Assembly: GCA_964016885.1 (NCBI GenBank)
Contig: OZ024741.1
Location: 380,742,001-380,806,000 of the forward strand
Length of the DNA stretch: 64,000 nucleotides
Source: Eledone cirrhosa
Taxonomy: Eukaryota
Direction of reading: 5' to 3'
In this document: positions 27,527 to 39,922 of the stretch, in pieces
How positions within the stretch are numbered: the stretch's first letter is position 1
Layout: each line of letters begins with the position of its first letter
The notes under the pieces: generated by a model
Told to the model about the DNA's origin: nothing
Database searches by the model: none
The model's input: only the letters and a program-made list of their open reading frames with translations
Made by a program: the position numbers and the translations under genes

Positions 27527-28764
27527 ATATATATATATATATATATTTATCTATTTTGCGTAATATATATGTGTATATATATACTAAACGGCTTACATAT
27601 ATATATGTGTGTGTGTGTAATATATGTGTACGTGAAAAATGAACAAGGAAAAACAACACATTACAATGATGATATATATTAGTTGAACACTTGATATAAT
27701 AGGAAAAAAATCTTTTTTTCATTTTTGTTGTTAGTCAATCATCAGAAGATAGAATGGGAGATAGAAGAAATAAAAAGATAGATGAGAGTAAGAAAATGTA
27801 TAATTTAAAATGTTTCACATGGGCAAAGCAAGTGTGTGTTTAGTCAGGTATTTTAGACAAGTGTGGCTCAGAATGTGTCTTAGATATGTATGTATGGTCT
27901 CTGAAGCAAGTTGTAGGGGTGCTGTATTGCACACACATGCTGTATTGCATATACAAGTATACACCCAAATGGATGCTATTCTTAGGTGGTACAGAGAAAG
28001 GAATGCATTGGCTCATGCTTGCATATCACCAAGAACCATGTCATGGGTATTGTTGTATGAGATACCACAAGGCATCACATACAATGCAGTGACAGTACAA
28101 GAGAAAACCACTGAACTCCAAAGAATAAGTGACTGAGTATGTGAAATATGCATCTATATATAATATATATATTATACACGCATATGTATACACAGACACA
28201 CGCAAACACACACGCACACACACACACATATATATATATATTTCATCACCATTTTACATCCATTTTTCCCTGCTTGCAGGGTAGGATGGTTTCTCTTTAA
28301 CACTGCTTCTCTGCATGAGTCACAGTCGTCATCTCTGGGAGCTTCAGCAATATGAGGTCAGCTCTCCCCACCTCCGTCCATGTTTTCAGTGGTCTTCCTC
28401 TACTGCGTCATCCTTTCACTGGGACTACTTGGCACTTCTTAACCCAATGGCCATCATCCATGCGCATCACTATATATATATAGAATAGAAAACGAAAAAT
28501 CAGTGATGCATCACTGATTTTTCGTTTTCTATTTTATCATACTCTGCATACTTTGCCTTCTATCCTTTCGAGGTCGATAAGAAAAAGAACCAGTCTAGTA
28601 CTGGGGCTGATTTTTGCTCGCTCTGGAAGAAATCTACTATACTCAGGCCTGGAGAAGGCTGGACTCTGCCAGGCTTAAAATGCCCAAGAAATGCCATATA
28701 TCAATACGGCGATCCTGCAACTCTATCAGGAGTTATGGGACCATAACATACCATATAAAATATA

Positions 28765-29140
28765 AATAAGAATGTTATTGGAAAAATTATACTTCACCCC
28801 CAAAATTATACTTCACCAAAAAACTATATTTATTCCCGAAAGAGATATGACCTCCAATAATTTGAAATATTGGTAAATTTTTTTCTTATATTTAGCTAAA
28901 GGAAATTTCGATATTTCAGTGACAAAATTCACCACAGACATTTTTTTCTCTTTGAGGAGAATGAATATGAGTTTATAGCCATATATCTAAATTTATAGAT
29001 GGACATGAATATAGGAAGAAATTTTACTAACATTTCAAATGACTGGAGGTCATATCTCATTTGAAACATATGTTAGGGAATAAATATGTTTTTTGATGAA
29101 AGAAATATAGTTTTTCCATTAATACCCACGTTTATAACCT
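28765..29140. mobile_element. Fold-back MITE with long imperfect inverted repeats
   Basis: For example gagatatgacctcca (28842) vs tggaggtcatatctc (29045), and tatttattccc vs gggaataaata. Confidence 0.65.
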
Positions 29141-29547
29141 GCATTTATAAGTATAACTACTCTTCCTCTTCCACGTTAATATTTTTCTTCTTCAAACCTT
29201 TATATATTATATAAATGCATTGAGCCATTCCTTTTTCTTAAAGGAATTCGCAATTACATACTTTAATTTTAATTCTCTACTTTCCTTTGAGAATTGTCAA
29301 TATAGTTCTACCTTTGATATATAATATATATATATATATAACATCATCATCATCATCAATATTTTACGTCCGTTCTTCCACACACATGATTTTCCTGTGT
29401 ATACTCTCCTCTCCTTACGTTATTTCTGTTTGATTTTCCCTCCCCCGTCTCTGTCTACCTTCGCACTCACCCCTTCGTACCCCCCCCCCCCCCCGCATCA
29501 CACACCTCCCTTCTCATTCCTCCCTCTGCTTTCACACCACGCCCACT

Positions 29548-30552
29548 ATGCCCCGCCTGAGATCCTTTCTCCACCAATTCCACACACGCCTCAAACTTTT
29601 CCTCACCCCCCTCCTCCCACTCTGCTATCTCCCCTCGACCCTCCAACTCTCCTACCTTCTCTTCGCCAAAACCCGGCACCCCAGCCACATCCATTTCCTC
29701 AGCCACTGCCTCCACCTCCACCTCATCCCCCTCGGCTTCCGACTACACTTGCACACCTCCTCCTCCATCCAACGTATCCTCACCCGATCCTCGCGCCTCC
29801 TAATGCGCAAATCCCTCCGCTCTTCCCGCTCCATCATCCACAAACTTGACTACCAACTGACCCCCACCCTCCTCCGCATGCCACCCCTCCTCGCCCACTC
29901 CACCCTCCTCTTCATCCAAAAGCTCAACCACGACCTCTTCTCCTTCCTCACCTCCACCAAAGCCCTTAAGCTACACTCACTCCTCCTCCCCCATCCCCCA
30001 TCCCTTCCCTATGACCCCCACACCCATCCCACCCACACCCACCACTATCCACCCCACACCCCTACCCAATATTCACCCCCACCTCAACCCTCACCCCACC
30101 CTCCCCACTCACATTCACACACCCAAACCCCACCACTTGTTGTCACCAATCTCCCTGACCTCCCCGTCTCCGAACCTGAGCGCTCACTCCTCAGTAGAGG
30201 CCTTCGCTTCATACCCCATACTCCGCACAGAGACGAGTTCCGCACCCGAACAGACGTCGAGCGATTCGTGCGACGCACGAAACTACAGGCACATTTTCAT
30301 CAAACGCCACCGGCTCCGAACGCCCCAGACCCGTTTCTCGCCCTGGGCCGACGATAATCGTCTTGGACGCCAGCCTCAAGGCAATTTAGCACCCTGGGCG
30401 CGTTCGTCGCCGCCTGCCGTAGCGCAGTAAATCGCTTCGACTTCCGCCACCGGTCCAAACGGCATAACATCTCACGGGGCGAACTCCTAGCTCTCCACTC
30501 CCTCCCTAGCCGAGATGACATCGTCATCAAACCGGCGGACAAGGGCGCCGTC
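29548..30552 (+). pseudogene. PLE ORF N-terminus (Neptune-like), one in-frame stop
   Basis: LSRGLRFIP, DVERFVRR.KL.AHF; after the stop at 30355 the frame continues WTP...NISRGE..AL....DDIVIKPADKG. Confidence 0.85.
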
Positions 30553-31630
30553 CGTGTAACTTATGCTCAGAGGAAACATTACAAATGCTGTTTACGAAGG
30601 ATCAACTCCTAAACAAAAAAGACGAACTGGTAACTGCATGCAAACAGAGATTGCGTAAGACTTACGTCAAACCCCCTAATGATCCGGGTGGGTATAAAAG
30701 GGCTGAAACACCCACTTGCCGAATAAGATAAGACAAACCCCAGCTTACATAGGTAGATATACCTCTTTTCTTTTCCTCTATGTTTTCTTCTTCCCTTCGT
30801 CTCCTCCTATCACTTCCTTCCACCACCGATCTTCTTCCTCGTTCTTTTTTTTCTCCCTTTCGGGCCTCTGTAGCCTCAGTATTCCCACCCCAGTAACTTA
30901 AAGAAAGCATTTGCCGAATACACTATACTAACTAATCATAGCAGCTGTGTTAGACCCCAGAGATTTTGTATTACATTTTACTACCCAATTCTACAATTTC
31001 AATAATTCTTATTTAGTATCTTCTATTCTCAACTCATTTTATAGCATTGGCCGAAAAAGCAACACCAACTAATTATAGCAGCTGTTTTAGACTCTATAGG
31101 TTTTTGTTTTTTATCATTTCTCACTATCCAATTTTATATATTTATATATCTTTCTCTTATTTTTTTTGTCTGCTAATCTCAATTGATTTACCCATTCTAT
31201 AACGTCCCTCCTCTATTTTCTCCAGAAACCTTTTTTCGCCTACCTCCTCTGGCCTACTTTCATACACAATCCTTAGAATTTGCCATATAGATTTCATTTT
31301 CAACGCTTGACAGCCCCACCCACTCCCTCATTGTTCTACAGGCAAGTTCAGCCACCCCCACTTCCCACCCACTGCCATGATAGACTTATTTGTGTTTGAC
31401 CAATCCTCTTGACAACTACAATCTTCCCATATAAGGAAGGGCTCCTTGAAAAGTTCAGCTACTTATTTACCAGACTAAAAATTCTAATTTAGTCCAGAAA
31501 TAGCCGTGCAAACGGCTTGAGCTCTGCCGTCGGGGTCATACTTTTTCCTATTACCCAGTTTACTACCCTAAGCATTGAGTACTCTGGTGCATTATGGTCC
31601 ATCTGGTTCCTTACCACAACTCCTTCGTTA
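30546..31630 (+). mobile_element. Naiad-type PLE 3' end (ORF tail, UTR, terminal repeat, tail)
   Basis: RPCNLCSEE..LLNKKDELVTACK matches 41147-41290; degenerate hammerhead at 31441-31536. Confidence 0.85.
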
Positions 31631-31640
31631 TTTATATACA

Positions 31641-34514
31641 GCTTCTATAGAGTCCATGGAGGCCATGGGTTGGCACAAGAAATGAAGAAGGATTCAGACT
31701 TCTAGAATTCTGCGACGCCAATGACATGTCGATATGTAACACAAACTTCAAAAAAACACGACAACCACCTGATTACCTATAGATCAGGGGAGCATTCTAG
31801 TCAGATAGATTTTATCCTCATCAGAGGACATGACAGATCGACGGTCGTAAACACATAAGCCTTCCCTAGTGAGGTATGTACCTACCAACATAGCTCAGTT
31901 GACAGCGACCTCACAGTCAGAACTAGACGAACCTGGAAACAGAGGCCAACCTGGAGAAGAAAGATCTGGAAGCTGAAAGACCCCTCAGCCAGTAACAGAT
32001 TTAAAGATATTTTACTCAACGGCTACGACAGTAAAGAAGAACAGATAGAGACATTCAATGTAGAAGAGAACTGGGAGTTCCTAAAACATAACTTACTAGA
32101 GGCGACGGATGAGATCTGTGGCTGGAACAAGACTACAGGTACGAGGAGAGTGACTTGGTGGTGGAACAGTAAGGTAGATGAGGCAGTTAAGGCCAAGAGA
32201 CAGGCAGGGAAAGAATGGAAGTACGGGGGAAGCAGGGTACATTACGTAGAGACCAGGAGGGAAGCTAGGCGACAAGTATACTTAGCTAGGAGGGAAGCAG
32301 AGGATAGAAAATTCAAGCATATTTTTGCAACGTGAGGACCAGAAACAGGAGATGTTCAAGATTGCGAGGCAGTGTGTCAGAGAGAATTGTGATGTCATTG
32401 GAGAAGTGTATCTGGAATGATAAAGGTGAGCTTGCCCTCACAAGTGCTGAGAAGAAAGATACCTGGAAGAGCCATTATGATAGATTACTAAATGATGAGA
32501 ATGCACGGGAAGAAGAGACTCTACCCCAAGTAGACCCTATAGAGGGGCCGGCAGTACAAGTCAGCAGCAGCGTAGTAAGTAAGGCAATCAAAGATATGAA
32601 GACGGGGAAGCCAACCGGTCCATCGCGTATAGCTGCCGAGATGCTGAAGGTATCTGGGTCGGTTGGTCACTCTATAACCACACGTATTGTTAACCAGGTA
32701 TAACTAGAAGGTGTCATACCAAAGGATTGGTGCAGTAGCATCATTGTCAACTGCTACAATGGTAAAAGTGATGCACTAGATAGAGGAAACTATAGAGGCA
32801 TAAAGTTGATGGACCAGGTCATGAAAGTAATAGAAAGAGTTATAGCACAGTTGATTAGGGACCGGGTAAAACTAGATGAGATGCAATTTAGGTTTGTGCC
32901 AGGAAGAGGCACCACTAATGCCCTCTTCCTTGTGAGGCAGTTACAGGAAAAGTACCTAGCTAAAAGTAAGCCACTCTACCTGGCATCCGTCGATCTCGAG
33001 AAAGCCTTTGACAGAGTTCCCTGTGCTATAATCTGGTGGGCGCTTAGAAAACTAGGAGTAGATGAATGGCTTGTGAAAGCTGTACAAGTCAGCAGTCAGC
33101 AAAGTTAGGATTTGCAATGAGTATAGCGAGGAATTTAGCGTACAGGTTGGTGTCCACCAGGGCTCTGTTCTTAGCCCTCTCCTGTTCATCATAGTCCTGC
33201 AGGCAATAACGGAGGAGTTTAAGACCGGATGCCCATGGGAACTCCTGTATGCAGATGACCTCGCACTTATAGCTGAATCTATGGTAGAACTAGAGAATAA
33301 ATTCCAAACTTGGAAGCAGGGACTAGAAAGAAAGGATCTCAAAGTCAACTTGACAAAGACAAAGACTAAGGTCCTTGTAAGTAGACGAGAAAACAGAACC
33401 CAGATCCCCTCAGGGCAATGGCCTTGCTCAGTATGTAGGAAAGGTGTAGGTAGGAACTCCATTCTCTGCCCCAAATGCAAACAATGGGTACACAAGAGAT
33501 TTAGCGGGATCTCAGGAAGCTTAACTAAGAATGAAGGCTTCACATATAGCAGCTGTGCTGGGACAGCAAGCAGCAAACAGCCACAGTAAACAAGTACCAC
33601 TAATCTCTGGGAGGGCTGTGTAGAAACAGTAGACAGCTTTTGCCACCTAGGTGACTTAGCAGCGGAGGTGGGTGTTCAGAAAGTACAATAACTAGGGTAA
33701 CAACGGGATGGAAAACGTTCAGGGAGCTACAGCCACTGCTAGCTGCAAAAGGCTTTTCCCTCTAAATGAAAGGCAGACTGTATGATGCGTGTATCCGAAC
33801 ATCAATGTTATATGGTAGTGAGACCTGGGCGCTGAAGGTGGAAGACTTGCGTAGATTAGAAACAAACGAAGCCTGCATGCTCCGATGGATGTGTAATAGT
33901 AATATACGCAAACGGCAAAGCATAAATGAATTGAGAGAGAGACTGAGCATCAGAGGAATCAAATACTGTGTGCAGGAGAGACAGTTGCGTTGGTATGGAC
34001 ATGTGATGCGTATGAAGGATGTCAGCTGCATAAAAAGGTGCAGTGCACTAGAAGTCAATGGAAACCGCGGAGTGGGGAGACCCAAGAAAACCTGGGATGA
34101 GGTGATAAAAGCCGACTTTACACAATTACACCTCTCAAATGACACACGACCCTGACCTCTGGCGTCATGCAGTAATACAGAAGACCCCCCCCCCCATGGG
34201 TACAAGCCAAAGCTGAAGCATATAGACAATATGCCCCCACACCCTCCCACTGCAAATTGGTCGTAGAGGTGCCACGGCAAAAAAAGCACCCAGCCCACAC
34301 TGTAAAGTGGACATGTAGGCACCACGGTAAAACAACACCCAGCACCCACTGTAAATGAGGTTGATGTTAGGTAGGGCATCCAGCTGCAGAAATCAAGCCA
34401 GAATCAGTTCCCGTATGATCAAGACAAGGTCAGCCGACCGAACACTGCCCACAACAGGACAACCCGTCTAACCTATGCTAGCGTGGAAGAACGGACGTAA
34501 AACGGTGATGATGA

Positions 34515-34518
<4 letters not shown>
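31641..34518 (+). mobile_element. RTE LINE, 5'-truncated, many stops and frameshifts
   Basis: Colinear with 53010-55894; DLEKAFD, GVHQGS, YADD, (GAT)n tail. Confidence 0.95.
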
Positions 34519-34554
<36 letters not shown>

Positions 34555-34556
<2 letters not shown>

Positions 34557-35362
34557 AAAAAATAAAATTTCATTTCTCACTCTTAGTTCGGCTGATACTT
34601 AAATATAAGTATGTATACGTACATACATATATGTATACAGACGTACAGTAGTATGTATATACATACATATATATATACCAGATAGAAAAATGCGTACAGC
34701 AAAAAAAAGTAATATTGTTGGAATATAAACCTTTAAAAATACAGGACAAGAAACTAAAATAAAACTTTAAAAGAATAGGACAAGAAACTAAGATAAAACT
34801 TTAAAAGAATAGGACAAGAAACTAAGATAAAACTTTAAAAAATTGGACAAGAAGTAAAAAAAATTAACTCATTTACCTATACTTTCGCAAACTATTGATA
34901 GATTGGTACAAAAAATAGCTTTGATAATAAACATAAATTTTTAACGAAGTATTTAAAAAGCATTTTAGCAGTGAAAAGTGAAGTAATGTTTCACACTGAC
35001 GCAAGTAGGGCCGTTCAGAAATGACGTAGTCAATTAGGAGGAGGGGATTCGGCGATTTGACTATATTTGACTAACGTAATCACAATCACAAGAGTTCCGC
35101 CGAAAAAAATTCGTCATTTCTAGATTACCTCCCCTAGCGTCACGCTTACTACTCACTCACTTGAACACAAGATTTATCAGCAAACTTTGATTATAAACTT
35201 TTTCCCGCTGGACCAAATTTATAGATTTTTAAGCCAAAAGATGCGTAATGATGTACTGTTCATGCTCATATAAGTTTTATCTCAGTTAAATAAAGTAGAG
35301 CCGCGCTGTACTGTCGAAAACACGACCACAACAATATTACTAAACGGACTACCGTCCGTTTA

Positions 35363-35450
<88 letters not shown>

Positions 35451-35803
35451 ACGTATGGGTTTACCGAACATTTATTATAATGTTCTGTTTGTTTGTAAAC
35501 AAACATCTCGAATTAAGCCATACAGTGTTCGGCAACCATCATTGCCCTTTTGTTCAACACTGACAAAAGAACGATGAACTAGTTTCTAGCTTATTGGTTG
35601 TCATCAGCACAGTATACCTTTCTGTCAATCGATTGAACGTTTGAAAGTATATACTTTCCTTATGCATATTAACGGCATATAATAAATGTTCGGTAAACCC
35701 AAACGTACATGTATATATATGTATGTATATACATACATACTACTGTACGTCTGTATACTACTGTACGTCTGTATACATATATGTATGTACGTATACATAC
35801 ATA

Positions 35804-35805
<2 letters not shown>
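34555..35805 (-). mobile_element. Older copy of the 38.8-39.8 kb hammerhead repeat, split by an insertion
   Basis: 34555-34675 and 35450-35677 match 39415-39775 in reverse; a short inverted arm follows; degenerate hammerhead at 35571-35613 (-). Confidence 0.75.
34678..35364. mobile_element. Unclassified insertion with 34-bp tandem repeats and a terminal hairpin
   Basis: Splits another repeat at (TA)n; ggacaag recurs at 34744, 34778, 34812, 34845; hairpin ctaaacggac-tacc-gtccgtttag at 35340-35363. Confidence 0.55.
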
Positions 35806-35888
<83 letters not shown>

Positions 35889-36538
35889 TTATATATATTT
35901 GCATTAGTGATCACATATATTAAAAGAAAATATATATGTGTAACATCTTTCAGTAGTGATTCAAAGTACTGCATTAACCAGCAATCCTATTGTATGGCTA
36001 TTTAAATATTTCTATATACATTTCTCCATACAGCTTTGTTACACTCGATTAAGTGGTATACTTCTAAATATTACAATCATCGAAAGATTCCAAATCTTAC
36101 ATTTTCCCATTAAATACTTCCCTCATTCTATTTTCAATCTATATTAACTTGAATATGTTTAAAGTACTTAGAGTTGTATTATATCCTATTAATTTCACAA
36201 TTCAAATACGTTTAGTACTCTCTTGAACCTTCAAGCAGAATAAGCTATAAACTTTACTTAGTTTATGTATGGATAGATAAATGGATGGAAGTATATATAT
36301 ATATATGGAAGTATGTATATATATAGATGTGTGTGTGTATATATATATATATATAAATATATATATAAATATTAGGGTAAATATTGATGCAATTCAACTC
36401 AAGCACTCAACGTACTTTTTCCACATAGGAGTGACGGAGTAAATATCGAATAAGGAAAAGCGAAGTAGTTTCAGATGTTCAAGTCCTTTAATAACAATGC
36501 TGTGATATATATCTGAAACTACTTCGCTTTTCCTTATT

Positions 36539-36573
<35 letters not shown>

Positions 36574-36810
36574 CGTTATTCCGGGTTGAATCGGAGGTAA
36601 CCACAGTAAATAAGGTACTCAATACATAGCAGAGTATAACAGTTTTAATATAGATGAGATACTACAGGACAAGAACTGTTTCATTCTTTAGAAATCATCA
36701 GGAATCGCTGATGATTTCTAAATCATATTTTAAAACAGCACAATTTGTTACATAAGTACGTTACATTAAAAGCCATCATCATCTAATACAGTAGGTATAA
36801 CATCGCTTAA

Positions 36811-36879
<69 letters not shown>

Positions 36880-36908
36880 TATATATAGATAGATATATAT
36901 ATAGATGA

Positions 36909-36957
36909 GATTCTACAGAACTAGAACTGTTTCATTCTTTAGAAATCATCAGGAATC
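36909..36957 (-). ncRNA. Type I hammerhead ribozyme motif
   Basis: gattc CTGATGA t-ttct-aa-agaa-t GAAA cag-ttctagtt-ctg TA gaatc; a second copy at 36658-36706 (-). Confidence 0.75.
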
Positions 36958-37007
36958 GCTGATGATTTCTAAAGAATGAAACAGTTCTAGTTCTGTAGAA
37001 TCTCATC

Positions 37008-37083
<76 letters not shown>

Positions 37084-37283
37084 TATATATATGTCTGTAT
37101 GTGTGTTTAAGCGATGTTATACCTACTGTATTAGATGATGATGGCTTTTAATGTAATGCACTTATGTAACAAATTGTGCTGTTTTAAAATATGTATTTAG
37201 TGCACAGAAACATTCCCATATGAATATATATTTCTCTGTACCAATCTATATTCATATTTTATATATATATTTATATATATATA

Positions 37284-37754
37284 TGTAGCGACGTGGTTAG
37301 TCAGTCTAGTCACTACTTCTGATCAGATCCGAGAATAGCCCTTAGAAGGACTGGTATCGAATACGGTCTGATCGGATCTGAAGATAGCCCTTAAAAGAAC
37401 TGTTGAGGATGGACAGACGAAAGCACAAGTTGAAAGGACGAAGCAAGGCGAGATGTAAATTCGATCAGCTATTTATTTTCACATGAAGCGACGATACGAG
37501 GTACAAGGCGTGTGTGAGTGACAAAGCGTGGCAGAGGCGTGGAACAACGATACGCGAGTTGACTCTGCCAAATGTCGACTGGCGAAGTGTTTGGAACCAC
37601 TCTATTTATACAGAAATAATCGTTTGATGTTTAGCCGCTGTGTAGGCGTTTATTCTGGTAGCTTTTGAGGGTTCCTTTGTTTCACGTTGATGTAGCTAGC
37701 TAACAGGTAGATGGCGCAGTATATTTCACAGATGTTATTTCCGGTGGCTGTACA
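37284..37754 (-). mobile_element. Probable solo LTR
   Basis: 471 bp, TG...CA termini; minus-strand TATAAATA (~37610) then AATAAA (~37487); inside (TA)n; internal ~36-bp direct repeat. Confidence 0.6.
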
Positions 37755-37893
37755 TATATATATATATATATGTCTTTATTGACTTATATCGAGACAGACA
37801 AATTGTATTCACTTTAATTAGTTTATTTCATTAATAGCTAACTTTGTCTGTTGCAATATAAACACATTTCGTGTTTATCATATATTTTAAATG

Positions 37894-37951
<58 letters not shown>

Positions 37952-37989
37952 TGCATATATATATATATATTATATATATATATATATAT

Positions 37990-38424
37990 AACGAAGGAAA
38001 TGTGGTAAGGAACCAGGTGGACCATTTATTCGCTTTTTATCACTCTCAGTATTTTTTTTTTTCATATATATATATTTTTACCCTTCATTGTTCTACTTAC
38101 CGTTTCGACTTCCTCCCCCTCCGCCTCCCTAGTATCTTCTTTGACCTCATCCCCAGCTGTAGCCAGCACTACCAACGCATGATTGGGTCTACTCCACCCC
38201 CTCCCCTTTTTCTCCTACTGGCAGGTTTAACCACCCTCTCCCCCACTAATTTGCCATCACAGAATTACTACTAACTTGTGACCAATCCTTGTGACAATCA
38301 CTTTGACCATATATGGAATTACCCCTTGAGAAGCTCGGCTATTTATATACCAGGATAAATTTTCATTTAGTCCAGAATTAGCCGTCGAAACGGCTTGAGC
38401 TCAGCCGTCGGGGTCTTACTGGTT

Positions 38425-38428
<4 letters not shown>
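37990..38428 (+). mobile_element. Naiad terminal repeat preceded by a short inverted tail
   Basis: Matches 42180-42548; 37990-38025 is the reverse complement of the tail at 31593-31630. Confidence 0.85.
38321..38414 (+). ncRNA. Hammerhead ribozyme motif, U3-A8 variant
   Basis: acccc TTGAGAA g..cggcta[insert]tagccgtc GAAA cggc-ttgagctca-gccg TC ggggt. Confidence 0.7.
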
Positions 38429-38472
<44 letters not shown>

Positions 38473-38504
38473 TATATATATATTATATATATATATATAT
38501 ACAT

Positions 38505-38536
<32 letters not shown>

Positions 38537-38753
38537 CATCAACATAATCATCATCATCATCATCATCATCAATACCATCATCTCTGTTTAACGTCCATTT
38601 GCCATGATAGCATTGGAAAGACGAGTTGTCCCATTGTGAAATGAGCTTGCTTATACAGAACTGAATTTGGTTTGGTTTCTATGGCTGGGTGGTCTTTTTA
38701 ATGCCAACCACATTTACAGTGTGGGCTGGAGAGGTTGGTGGAGAAGGCGTGTG

Positions 38754-38827
<74 letters not shown>

Positions 38828-38833
<6 letters not shown>

Positions 38834-39778
38834 TATGTACACGTACATACATGTATGTATACAGACGTACAGTAGTATGTATATATATATACATACATGC
38901 ACACATATATATATGTACGTATGGATTCACCGAACATTTATTATAATGCTCGGTGTGTTTGTAAACAAACATCCCGTATAAAGCCGTAGTGTCTAGCAAC
39001 CATCGTTGCTCGTTTGTTCAACACTGACAAAGGAGCGCTGTACTAGTTTCAAGCTTATTAGCTATCGTCAGCAACGTATACCTTCCTGTCAGATTGTTGA
39101 ACGTATATACTTACCTTATGCATATTAACGGCTGAGTAGCCCAATTTGCATATCGAGTGGGTTAATCGGCCGGGTGCACCGATAATAAATGTTCGGTGAA
39201 TCGATACGTACATATATATGTGTGCATGTATGTATATATATATATACATACTACTGTACGTCTGTATACATATATGTATGTACGTGTACATACTTATATT
39301 AAGTAACAGTCGTACTAAATGTGGGATAGAGAAATTTCGTTTCATTTTTTCCGTTTATCGTTTTCGGTGCACCCGGCCGATTAACCCACTCGGTATGCAA
39401 ATTGGGCTACTCAGCCGTTAATATGCATAAGGTAAGTATATACGTTCAACAATCTGGCAGGAAGGTATACGTTGCTGACGATAGCTAATAAGTTTGAAAC
39501 TAGTACAGCGTTCCTTTGTCAGTGTTGAACAAACGAGCAACGATGGTTGCTAGACACTACGGCTGAAAACGGGATGTTTTTTTTTACAAACACACCGAGC
39601 ATTATAATAAATGTTCGGTGAATCCACACGTACATATATATATGTGTACATGTATGTATATATATAGACATACTACTGTACGTCTGTATACATATATGTA
39701 TGTACGTATACATACTTATATTTAAGTAACAGCCGTACTAAGAGTGGGAAATGAAATTTCGTTTCATTTTTTCCGTTT
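38828..39778. mobile_element. Non-coding PLE-type unit: inverted, partial tandem and full copy
   Basis: 38828-39182 is the reverse complement of ~39364-39720; 39183-39358 duplicates the 3' part. Confidence 0.8.
39469..39511 (+). ncRNA. Minimal type I hammerhead ribozyme motif
   Basis: acgttg CTGACGA t-agct-aata-agtt-t GAAA c-ta-g TA cagcgt; mirror copy at 39035-39077 (-). Confidence 0.8.
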
Positions 39779-39840
39779 ATATATATATATATATAAATAT
39801 ATATATATATTTATATATACATAAATATATACATACATAC

Positions 39841-39920
<80 letters not shown>

Positions 39921-39922
<2 letters not shown>

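Noticed and set aside
29397-30430. Proline-rich proteins in alternative frames
   Set aside because: By-products of the C-rich PLE strand.
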